Origin: Ascoidea asiatica JCM 7603
Lineage: Eukaryota; Fungi; Ascomycota
Direction: 5' to 3'
Length of the DNA stretch: 64,000 nt
NCBI GenBank assembly: GCA_001600695.1
Contig: BCKQ01000017.1
Span: 62,001 to 126,000 of the forward strand
The position numbers and the translations under genes are program-made. Positions 33,864 through 44,200 of the stretch are shown piece by piece. Positions within the stretch are counted from its first letter, which is position 1. Every line of letters begins with the position of its first letter. The notes under the pieces were generated by a model. It did no database searches and was not told the DNA's origin. It saw only the letters and a list, made by a program, of their open reading frames with translations.

Positions 33864-36311
33864 TCAAAATCCATGAGGAATTTCTATTATTCCAATAGAA
33901 CTTAAAGCTCTTTTATTTCCTAAAGCATTCATTGCAGCTCTTTGTGTTGAACTTTTTTTATTCTTATCAATACCCTGACCAAGAAGAAAATTCGAAGCAA
34001 ATACTTTTGATAAAGTAGCTGATCCACTTTGAGTATATTCATATCGTGGTATTATATGTCTTTTACCCAATAAAGCATATAATTCATTTTTTGCATGCCA
34101 ATTTATCTCTATAAAGTTTTCTTTTGGTATTGAAATATCTGACTGTGGCAAGTACTGAGGCTGGGGACGTGGCGGTGTTCTTAGAGGCGGTGAATAAGGC
34201 TGGTGGAGTGGCGGTACTTTCTTCTGTGGCTGAAGCTGTGGCTGTTGTTGTGAAATATTTGAATGGTAATAAACTGAATTGAATTGACTTCCAGCTCGAA
34301 TTCTCATATTTGAATCAATAAAATTTTCACTTCCAACATAATCATCAAATTTTCTTTTTACATTAACATATTCAATATCGTCATCATCATCATCTTCTTC
34401 TTTAAAAAATAAATTTTTATCCTTTTCTTTGTCTTTATTTTTATTTTTATTTTTATTTTTATTTTTATTTCTATCTTCAAAAATATTCTCAAACTTAATT
34501 TTTTTTGAATTTAAATTAACTGAATTTAGAAAATTTTGAAATAATAAACATTCATTTGAAACTATTGAATTTGAAAATTTGTCTTTTAGAATTAATAAAA
34601 TTGAATTAATTTTTGATTTTGAATTTAAAGATTCATTAATTGAAATAAATTTTGCATTTTCTAAAGATTTTGAAAAACCTGTTGATAAATAAATATTATT
34701 AAAATATAAATCAACTTTATATAAATTATTTTTAAAATTAGTTTTAAATTCTGGATTTAAATTTTTAAAAGAATTGATTAATTTCAATTTTGTTGATTTT
34801 AAAATTGATAAATTCAAGTCATATTGTGATCCATTGAAATAATTATCTTCTAAATTTATTGATTTTAAATTGTTATTATTTTCATTTTCATTATCGTTAT
34901 CATTATCATTATCATTATCATTATCACTTTTATTATTATTATCACTATCACTATCGGTATCATTATCGCTATTTAAATCACTATCAGTAATTATATCATT
35001 GTCATTATCAACATCAATAGCAGCGTTACTTTTATTATTATTATTATTATTATGTGTATTATGGAATTTTTTAAAATAACTATTTCTGAACTCAAATTTG
35101 AAATAATTTAAGGGAATTTTAAAATTACCTAAAGATCTAATATTTTTATTAAAAAGTAAAATTAAAGATTGTATGATATTATATGAAATATTAATTGATT
35201 GTAAAAAAGAAAATTTTGATAAATTAATTATAAAAATTGAACCAAAAAATGAAAGAAAAATATTTGAATAAATTTGTAATAAATTTTTTTTTTTATTATT
35301 ATAAATATCATTATAAGTTATAAATAATTTATCAAAATTAAAATTATTAATATTATAAAAATTTTTAAGTATATTATTAATTAAAATATCTAATTTAAAA
35401 ATGAAAAAAAAATTAGATAAGAATTTTTGATTTTTTAAAAATTTTAAATCATTTAATAATTGATTTTGATTTGCAGTATTATAAAAATTTTTTGAATAAT
35501 AATTATAATGAATTAAAAAATCAAATAATTTTTTTGAAAAATTTAATAATTTTTTATTATTAATTGAATAAGTTTTAAAATCAATATTTGATATTTTAAA
35601 ATTATTTAAATTAAAAGATAATAAATTTAAAAAATTTTCAGAAAATAAAGAATTTTTAATTTTTTTAATTGTATCAAAATCATTAATATTTTGATATTCA
35701 TAAATAATTTTATTAATTATTTGAATTGGATCATTAATTTGTTGTAAATTTGAATTTGTTGTAAAATGAGAAGAAACTGAAGTATTTGAAGAACCTAAAG
35801 TTTGATCAGTAATATGAGAATTTTGAGAATTTTTGGAATTAATTGAATTAATTGAATTATTAAAACTATAAGAATAATTTTGATTTTTTAATGGAATTGA
35901 AATTGGAATTTGATTTTGAATTGGAAATTTATTTGAAAATTGAGTTGGAAATTCAGAATCATCTCTAATAATATAATGATCATCTAAAAGTTTAATTTGT
36001 AAAGAATTTAATTTTAAATCATAATTCATAATTTGTTTTAAAATACCTAATTTATTATCTTTAACAAAAGTAACTAATTGAGTAGCTAATTGAATTTGAG
36101 GAGATTTTAAAATTTCATATAATTTATTAAATTTATAATTACTATTTGAATCATCAGTTGAATTTTTTAAATTATTTAAAGTATTAATTTCTTCATCAAT
36201 ATCTGATTTTATTGGACATTTTTTAATCATAATTTGAATAGATTTTTGTAAATTATTTATTGCTCTTTGAATGCATAAAGCTTCATTAAAACTTAAAAAT
36301 AAATCATCCAT
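33864..36311 (-). CDS. Rnt1/budding-yeast Dicer-family protein (NTD, degenerate RNase III, two dsRBDs), predicted catalytically inactive (CDL1-like)
   Basis: N-terminal IQRAINNLQKSI..MIKKCP...QIQLATQL.......ILKQI resembles the Rnt1/Dcr1 NTD; C-terminal HAKNELYALLG....P.YEY...LLGQGIDKNKKSSTQRAAMNAL is an Rnt1-like dsRBD; no ERLEFLGD signature. Confidence 0.68.
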   Translation of the reverse strand: MDDLFLSFNEALCIQRAINNLQKSIQIMIKKCPIKSDIDEEINTLNNLKNSTDDSNSNYKFNKLYEILKSPQIQLATQLVTFVKDNKLGILKQIMNYDLKLNSLQIKLLDDHYIIRDDSEFPTQFSNKFPIQNQIPISIPLKNQNYSYSFNNSINSINSKNSQNSHITDQTLGSSNTSVSSHFTTNSNLQQINDPIQIINKIIYEYQNINDFDTIKKIKNSLFSENFLNLLSFNLNNFKISNIDFKTYSINNKKLLNFSKKLFDFLIHYNYYSKNFYNTANQNQLLNDLKFLKNQKFLSNFFFIFKLDILINNILKNFYNINNFNFDKLFITYNDIYNNKKKNLLQIYSNIFLSFFGSIFIINLSKFSFLQSINISYNIIQSLILLFNKNIRSLGNFKIPLNYFKFEFRNSYFKKFHNTHNNNNNNKSNAAIDVDNDNDIITDSDLNSDNDTDSDSDNNNKSDNDNDNDNDNDNENENNNNLKSINLEDNYFNGSQYDLNLSILKSTKLKLINSFKNLNPEFKTNFKNNLYKVDLYFNNIYLSTGFSKSLENAKFISINESLNSKSKINSILLILKDKFSNSIVSNECLLFQNFLNSVNLNSKKIKFENIFEDRNKNKNKNKNKNKDKEKDKNLFFKEEDDDDDDIEYVNVKRKFDDYVGSENFIDSNMRIRAGSQFNSVYYHSNISQQQPQLQPQKKVPPLHQPYSPPLRTPPRPQPQYLPQSDISIPKENFIEINWHAKNELYALLGKRHIIPRYEYTQSGSATLSKVFASNFLLGQGIDKNKKSSTQRAAMNALGNKRALSSIGIIEIPHGF

Positions 36312-36878
36312 TTTTTGATATATTAAATATATTAAATATATTAAACAAATTCAATGGATTTGATTTGCTTTTTTAAAAAAAAAATAAAGTTGATTTACAA
36401 GTTGAGTTATTTCAATAATAATCTTATTGAAATTGAAATTAATACTGATAATAAAATGAATGAATTGATTTACTTGTGATTACTTCTTTTATCAATTGAT
36501 GATATTCGATATTAGATATTTGATAGTGGATGGAAAAAGAAATACAATACAATAAAATAAAAAAAGGTGAAATGATTAAAAAGACAATTTGTCAAAAGTC
36601 TGTTTTCTTGTTTATATTTGGTGTTTATTCTTGTTGTTTTGGTAAAATGACAATGAGAAATTGAGATTCGTGAGATTTAAGATTGAGTCTGAGACTGAGA
36701 TTGAGGAAAGTTGGAGAGTGGCGACTAGTGGCGACTAGTGGCAAATTAAAGTGGCTAGGGTACATGGCGCATAGAAGGTAGGGTAAGTATTTTAGCCACA
36801 GTATAACCTCAAAAACTATATGTTCAAAGAAGTACAAAAATGCTAGTGAATGTGAGTCCATTATGATGGGGTTATAGT

Positions 36879-36888
36879 CCTAATTTGG
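36879..36888. promoter_or_regulatory. Mcm1 CArG box CCTAATTTGG, with adjacent Cbf1 site GTCACGTG at 36914-36921
   Basis: Exact CC(A/T)6GG between the divergent Dicer-like and KRE9 genes. Confidence 0.4.
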
Positions 36889-37590
36889 AAATGAAATTAA
36901 ATAATTCTAATGTGTCACGTGGACAAATTTGTTAGATAACCGTTATTGAGAGTAGAACTGGCTAGAACAAAAGAAAAAGGATTTTCCCGAGAAACAAGAG
37001 CAAAACCCAGCAAAAAAGAAACACCAGTGCAGTGGTGCAGTGGTGATTGGTGATGATTAGTGCTGGAATGGAGTCTAACTTTACACACGCCAAACGCAGA
37101 AAAGCAGCGACTGCGGTGTCTGTAGCAGTGTTTGTTAGCAACAGAGCCGTTCCGTTTAGCTATTCTGGATGGGTCCCGGGCTGGTGTCTCTGCGGAGATT
37201 GCAATTATGAGGTTACGGAAGTGCACACTCATGAAACAGATCTCATGCTGCGACAACCAGAACTGGATCCCGGTGCCAGTTGCACAAGCAAGTCCCGTGA
37301 TAGAACAGTGCTGCATCTAAGCGAGTCTGTTTCTTCTGTGCCCAGAATTTCGGTTGCTTAAGGTTTGGGAGGTGGTCTGCTGCTGCTTTCTGCTGCACCA
37401 CTGCCCCTGTGCCGGCGTGGGCCTCTGGCGTGCGCGAAGATAAAATTAGCTCTGGCTCGCGTTTCTTTTGGTTTCTTTTGCTTTGCAGCTGAGATTTTCA
37501 TTTATTTTCATTTTGTGTATGTTCTGGCACAGATCTCAAACTGCTATTAATATTACTGCTCTTTTATTACTGCCATTACTCTCTCTTCTG

Positions 37591-37642
<52 letters not shown>
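37591..37642 (+). repeat. (CTA)n microsatellite upstream of KRE9
   Basis: About 17 consecutive CTA units. Confidence 0.9.
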
Positions 37643-37644
<2 letters not shown>

Positions 37645-38164
37645 TTACTACTCTTATTATTACTGCTTCTTTTGATTCAGAACTCTAAAAAAATATTTAT
37701 TTCAGATAACGTTAAGAATCCTCGATCAATTTATTGGTACTACGACAAGAACTACAAAAACTACAAGAAGCTATTGCAAATTATTACTATTGCAAAATAT
37801 TATTTCAAAAATGATTCTTTTTTCTAACAAGCTTTTCTCTATCTGCAAATCAATAATTTGATTTGACTTATTACTTATCCTTTTCACTTTCTACTTTCCA
37901 CTTTTTTCACTATTTATTCTTTTCTCATTTCTTATTAAATTTCTTTTCTTTTTCTTTTTCTCATTGGTATTCATAATATCTATCCTATTTTTTATCCTAT
38001 TCTATATCTTTCAAAAAGAAATATACTTATTTCTATTTCAATATTTCATTTCATTTCTTTAAATTCAATTCAATTCAATTCAATTCATTTCAATTCATTT
38101 CATCTCATTTTAGTTCATCTCAATTCAATTACTCACACTATCACATAAACAAATAATTCAAATA

Positions 38165-39091
38165 ATGTTAATCATATATTCAATTATATTTTTCATTCAA
38201 TTATTCAAATTATCTTTAGCTGATATAAGTATTTCAACTCCTGCAAAATCAAAAACTTTCACAGTTTCAAATAGTATTGCAACTGTTCCTATAACTTGGA
38301 CTGATTCATCTTCTTCTCCTTCTATTTCTGATATCACTTCATATACTTTTTCTTTATGTACTGGTTCAAATGATGATATTACAGTTTTAGAAATTATTGC
38401 TTCTTCTTTATCTTTATCAACTAATTCTTATTCTGCTTTAATTTCTAATTCTATTGGTAAAGATGGTGTTTATTTTATTCAAATTTATGCTTTATTTTCA
38501 ACTGGTACTTCGACTCATTATACAAATAGATTTAAATTATCTGGAATGTCTGGAACTGTAGTAACTTCAGGTTCTTTATCTGATGATCCTCCTTCTTCTG
38601 AAGTTTCTTCTATTTCATCTACAATATCTGAAACTTCTTCCGATTCTTCAACTTCAATTGAAGATGATTCATCTACAACTTCAACAACTTCAATATCTCA
38701 AAATCCTTTAACAACAATGGATACTTCTGCAAGTTTTTCTCTTCCATATACTTTACAAACTGGTTCTTATAGATTTGCTCCAATGCAAACTCAACCAGGT
38801 TCAACTATAACTGCAACAACTTGGTCAAGAAAATTTCCAACAAGTTCTGTAACTTATTATTCAACAATAAAACCATCTCCTGTAGTTTATTCAACTTTAA
38901 CTCCAGGTTGGTCATATTCAAGAACTTCATACTTTAATTATGCAACTCCACAACCAAATCCAAGTCAAAATGGTGGTTGGTATGTGGCTTCTGAAAAAAT
39001 TAAAAAACCAACAAAAATGAATACTGCAACTTTAAAAAAAAGATCTTGGTATTATAATCATTATAATGATTATAATAATTATTATTATTAA
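38165..39091 (+). CDS. KRE9: Secreted beta-1,6-glucan assembly protein (Kre9/Knh1)
   Basis: Signal peptide; YTFSLCTG.N, YFIQIYA...HYTNRF.L.GMSG, S/T-rich linker, SF.LPYTLQTG..RFAPMQTQPG...TATTWSRKFPTS. Confidence 0.92.
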   Translation: MLIIYSIIFFIQLFKLSLADISISTPAKSKTFTVSNSIATVPITWTDSSSSPSISDITSYTFSLCTGSNDDITVLEIIASSLSLSTNSYSALISNSIGKDGVYFIQIYALFSTGTSTHYTNRFKLSGMSGTVVTSGSLSDDPPSSEVSSISSTISETSSDSSTSIEDDSSTTSTTSISQNPLTTMDTSASFSLPYTLQTGSYRFAPMQTQPGSTITATTWSRKFPTSSVTYYSTIKPSPVVYSTLTPGWSYSRTSYFNYATPQPNPSQNGGWYVASEKIKKPTKMNTATLKKRSWYYNHYNDYNNYYY

Positions 39092-39575
39092 ATATTACCT
39101 CATCATATTAAATCTTTAATTTAATTCATTATTATACTATACTATATTAATAATCATTTAATATAATAATTCCATTTCATTCCTTTATCTTTATCTTTAT
39201 CTTTATCTTTATCTTTTTTTTTCTCTTTTTTTCTCCTCTTTTTTTTTTTCTTTATATAAAATTCATTGCTTACATTAGAAATATCATTATCATCATTATT
39301 GTCTTTTTTTCAATATTTTTTTAACATTTTTTTAATCATCGGGAGTATCTTGTAATTTTTTATTTCTTTTTCTTTTTCATTTTTTTTTCAATTAATTGAA
39401 TCATTTTAAAACTTATCATTCTTGATAATTTCATTTTTTTTTAATAAAATATCAATGCAAATATACACAATTATATAAAAAAGTAAGTAATTTTATTATC
39501 ATCATCATCAATACTGTATTAAGTATTAAGTATTAAGTATTATATTCAAAAGTATAAGCCATTAATATAACATAT

Positions 39576-39585
39576 GTCACGTGAC
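39576..39585. promoter_or_regulatory. Perfect palindromic Cbf1 site GTCACGTGAC upstream of MRP49
   Basis: About 205 bp upstream of the ATG, in very AT-rich DNA. Confidence 0.6.
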
Positions 39586-39722
39586 TGAATAACTTTCATA
39601 AATTTTATCAATAAAATCAATAAATTTCAATTTCAATATACTCGCTGATTCAATAGAATAAAATATTATTGATATCAATACTGAAATTGATATTTACTCC
39701 AAATTATATATCGACAAAGAAA

Positions 39723-39753
<31 letters not shown>

Positions 39754-39788
39754 ATCAAAAGATAATAATACAAATATAACATTTCAAT

Positions 39789-40265
39789 ATGCCGGTTGGA
39801 AAATTTACAAATCAAATGTTTAAAAACATTCCAAAAACTTCAATTTCAAGACAATTTGCAAGATTAAATTTAATTTCTAATGGTCCATTATCTTATAAAA
39901 TAAATTCTCAAAAGAAACTAAAAAGTATAGATTTAATATTTAAACAATTAAATAAAGGTGGTCATATGGGTATAAGAAAATTTTGGTCAAATTATTTACC
40001 TTCTTTACAATTTTATAATCCTGATTTAAATATTAATGTTACAAGAGTTAAAATTGGTACAAAAAAAGGTGAAAAAATTAAAAAATTTATTGATAAAGTA
40101 CCTTGTGAATTAAAAATTAATTTTTTTAATGGTAAACAACATAAAATTAATTGTAAAAATAAACATTCTGATGAAATTATGAAAGAATTTATTAATGAAA
40201 CAAATCTTGAAAAAATTCCAAAAAATAAATTAATGATTTTATCGAATCCAAATTCTTCTCATTGA
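39789..40265 (+). CDS. MRP49: Mitochondrial ribosomal large-subunit protein (L51/S25/CI-B8 domain)
   Basis: GHMGIRKFW.NYLPSLQFYNP, VPCELKI, next to MRPL38. Confidence 0.85.
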   Translation: MPVGKFTNQMFKNIPKTSISRQFARLNLISNGPLSYKINSQKKLKSIDLIFKQLNKGGHMGIRKFWSNYLPSLQFYNPDLNINVTRVKIGTKKGEKIKKFIDKVPCELKINFFNGKQHKINCKNKHSDEIMKEFINETNLEKIPKNKLMILSNPNSSH

Positions 40266-40472
40266 AGTAATTTATCAGTATATAGATATTTCTTGTATTT
40301 AAGTAATAGGTTAACAAACAAACAAACAAACAAATAAATAAATAAATAGATTTTTGATTTTTTTTTATTACAAAATTTAAATTACAATATATACAAATAT
40401 ATATTTATATTGTATATTTTCAAATTGATCATTTTTAATAGTTATTATTTACAGGATAATAAATTTATTCTC

Positions 40473-40874
40473 TCATACAACTTTTGGAGCAATTGAAGCA
40501 ATTTTATTATAATTTTTAAGCTTAACTTCTTTTGCAACACAACTACTTATTCTTGTTCCTATTGGATCATTATTACTTTTATTAATTAATACACATGCAT
40601 TATCATCAAATTTAACAATTGATCCATCTTTTCTTCTAAAATTTTGTCTCTGTCTTACAACAACTGCATGAACAATATCACCTCTTTTAACTCTATTTGC
40701 ACTATTTGCTCCAGATATTTGACTTGTAACTGGTTTTGCTTTTTGAATAACAACTACAACTCTATCTCCAAGTCTTGCACAATTCATTGGTGATTTCCTC
40801 ATAACTTTAATACATTCGGCAAGTTGAGCACCTGAATTATCTATCACCTTTAACATAGTTTTCAAATAAATCAT
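40473..40874 (-). CDS. MRPL38: Mitochondrial ribosomal protein uL14m
   Basis: [56 protein letters not shown]. Confidence 0.95.
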   Translation of the reverse strand: MIYLKTMLKVIDNSGAQLAECIKVMRKSPMNCARLGDRVVVVIQKAKPVTSQISGANSANRVKRGDIVHAVVVRQRQNFRRKDGSIVKFDDNACVLINKSNNDPIGTRISSCVAKEVKLKNYNKIASIAPKVV

Positions 40875-41292
40875 CTTGTCTATTGATATTCCTTACTTTC
40901 AATATTATATTCTTAAAACTAATAATTATTGATTATTTATTATTAATTATCATTTCTTAAAAGACTTCTCTCACTTTGACAATAATTTCTTATAAATCAA
41001 TTTCAATTACTGTAAAATATTTCCAGAGAACGCATTGAATTCATTTTTCAATAGGGCAGGGTAACCCGTTTATTTAATACTTGTAAGTTTCCCATATATA
41101 TTTCTCAAGTTACTGCATTTATTGATGATTGAAATGAACAAAATCTACAAAAGAACCATTAAAAAAATATAAAAATATAAAAATATAAAATATAAAAATA
41201 AATTATGTATAAAAACATTACATAAATTTATATATGATTATTACAGATTACATTTGAGTATAGACAAAATAACATTATAAGTATTTTTATGA

Positions 41293-44200
41293 TTACACCT
41301 CCGCCTGTATATTATTCTGTTGTCCCAAATTTTGATTTTCATTTATTGCATTTGTTAGTTTTTCTTTTAAATTTTGACCCAAAGGCTCTTCTTTATTTTC
41401 ATTTTGACCTATCAACTGATTCACATCAGGTTGTGTATCTTGTCCAAATAATATTTCTTGATTTGAATCTGGTTTTGGTTCAGCTATTTGATTTTCTTTT
41501 AGCTGGGTATCTTCTCCAAACACTTGATTGGAATTTTCTATTTGTCCTTCAATATTATTAGAATGCTCTCCAGGTACTAGATTATTCAGATTATCTTGTC
41601 CAAATAATTGTTCAGTTTCTTGTCCAAATATTTTTTCTTCTACTGGAGAATCAGGAATAGGTATTTGTTCTCCTTGTTCTTTAGCTATTTCTGCATCTTT
41701 ATTTCCCTGTAATGCAACGTCTCCTTCTTGGTTCAAAGGCTTTTCAATTTCAATATCATTTTCTTTTTCATTTTGAATATTTTCTGAATTTTCTTTTGAA
41801 ACTTGTTCTTGTTTTTGACCTAAAATTAATTCTTGAAGTTGTAAAATTTTCTCTTCAAGAGCCAGTAGTTTTCCATCATCGACATTATCCTTTGGTTGAT
41901 TCTGATTCTCTTGATTTGATTCGTTTTCATTTCCTTCTCTAGATTGTTCTTGTTCTTCTTGTTTGGGTTCTTCTCTATTCTCTTCATTAGGTTCCTCCTT
42001 TGGTTCTTCCTTTGATTCCTCTTTAGGTTCTTCTTGAGGCTCTTCCTTAGGTTCTTCCTTAGGAGGCTCTTCTTTGGGTGGCTCTTCATTTCGTTGTTCT
42101 TGACTTGGTTGTTCTTCCCCTTCTTCATTTTCAACAATAGGAATGTATGGTTTTGGCAAATCATTATCTAACATATATAAATAAAAATCTTCACCATAAT
42201 TTGATAAGTCGATTAAATTATTTAAAGGGTCCTTTTCATCTTCTTTATAAGTATATTCTTGACCTGAAATAAATGCATAATGCTCTTCTAAAAGACCATT
42301 AAGTTTTAAATACTCAATTAAAACATTATGATTTTGATTAAATAATACCAAATAATCTTCGTCATCAATAAATTCTTTTTCATCTTGAAAATTTTTAGTG
42401 AAATCATTTAATTCTTTTCTATATTTATCACCTAATAAAACTAATTTATCTAATTTTTTAGCAATTTCATATTCAACCAGTTCTATACTTAATGGTGCCA
42501 TATTTGCATCATTTGCTTCATTAATTCTATCAATATTACCATTGAAAAAACCTTTTAAAATAAGTTGAATAGCACTTGGATCTAGCCATTGACCTATTTT
42601 TTTAAAGAAAAAATTATCTTTAAATTCAATTTTCAAAGACTCATGTCTATATTCCCTTTTTAATAAAGTTTTATATTGATTTGGTACCAATGCAGTTCCA
42701 CCAGAAACTAATTTAGTTTTTTTAAAAGGAACAATTTCATCATAAGATACAAAATGATTATTTCTACAATTAAAAATTTGTAATCTTAAATTTCTTTGTA
42801 AAAAAATTTGTTCAAATTCTTTTGTATTTTGTAATAATTCAAGATATGCACTATTATAACCAACATCATTTTTAACTTTTTTAAATTGTTCTTCAAATTT
42901 TTGATCCATAAATTGAAAAGTTTCAAAATTTAATTTTGTTCTATATCTTGTTGGAGTTCTAGTATTTGATAAACTTAAACCAGTTAAATCAATATAAAAA
43001 CCCGTTCTAACATCAATGAATCTTGCATCAATTCTATTTAAACCAGCTTCTTTTTCTCTTCTAGACATATAAGTATTACAATCTAAATAGTATTCTCCAA
43101 AACCTTGAGTAACATCTTCCATAATAATAGTATTATTATAATTAAGACAAAGTCTATTTAAATCTCTTATAGATAATTGTAAATCAATATCATCTTCCCA
43201 AGGAAAATTTGCATTTCCAAAATACCAAGATAATAAAGTACCATGACCTAACCAACTTTTAATTGAAATTGCTTCAGTAAATTTGAACCAATTTTTAAGC
43301 ATTTTTTCTAGAGCTATTTTTTGTTGTTCTTCATTAAAAGATATACCTTGAAAGAAACGCCAATCAAAATGAGAACCATCTAATTGTTTTTTTTTATTTT
43401 TTTTATCTTTTTCTTGATCTTTATTTTTTTTTGGAGGTTTTGGTAATTGAACTTCATGAAAATATTTTCCAGGATTTAAATTAAAAGTTGAAAATTTTAA
43501 AGATCTATAATAATTTAATTGATTTGGAGTTAAAAGATCTCTTAATTTTAATAATCTCATATTATCCATTCTTTGAATTAAATTATCACTACTAATTGAT
43601 TTATCTAAAATTAAATTTTTTTTAATTTCTTCTTCATCAACTAATTTTTCAAATAATTTGATAACTTTTGGAGCATTAAAATAAAAAGAATCAATAGAAA
43701 TTGAATATGGATTATTATGATGATCAGTACTAAATTCTTTTTCAATTTGATTAAAAATTAATTTATTTTTATTATTATTCATATCATAACCAGGAGGTTT
43801 ATTTGTATTTATAGTTATATCTTCATTTAAATCTTTTTTTGTATCAATTAAATAATCAGTTATTGCTTCAAATTCTTTTAATGGATCAACAAAAACATCA
43901 GAATTTTGATCAAAATTTGGGTGTAATTTATAATAATTTGAAAGATATTTACTTATATAACCATTTTCTAATAATCTTTCACTTTTTATAATATTATTTT
44001 TTTCATCTTTATTTAAAAAATCATATGGTTCTGAATCTAATCTTTCAGGAATTTTAAAATTGATTTCAAATCTTTTTGAAAGTAATTTATCATTTAATAA
44101 AGTCATTTTAAATGGACGTACAGCATAATTATTAACATTATTATAATTATAAAGATAAGATTTACCTTCCATAACTTCTTTTTCAGGTAATCTTCTTTGA

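Noticed and set aside
36914-37000. Point centromere (CDEI RTCACGTG plus downstream CCG) here or at other CDEI-like sites
   Set aside because: No very AT-rich CDEII of suitable length and no CDEIII consensus (TGTTT.TG.TTTCCGAA); these look like ordinary Cbf1 promoter sites
37517-37831. 5'UTR intron of KRE9 (GTATGT ... TTCTAAC AAG)
   Set aside because: The branch-to-AG distance is only a few nt, unlike the other introns here, and there is no other convincing acceptor; unsupported without RNA data
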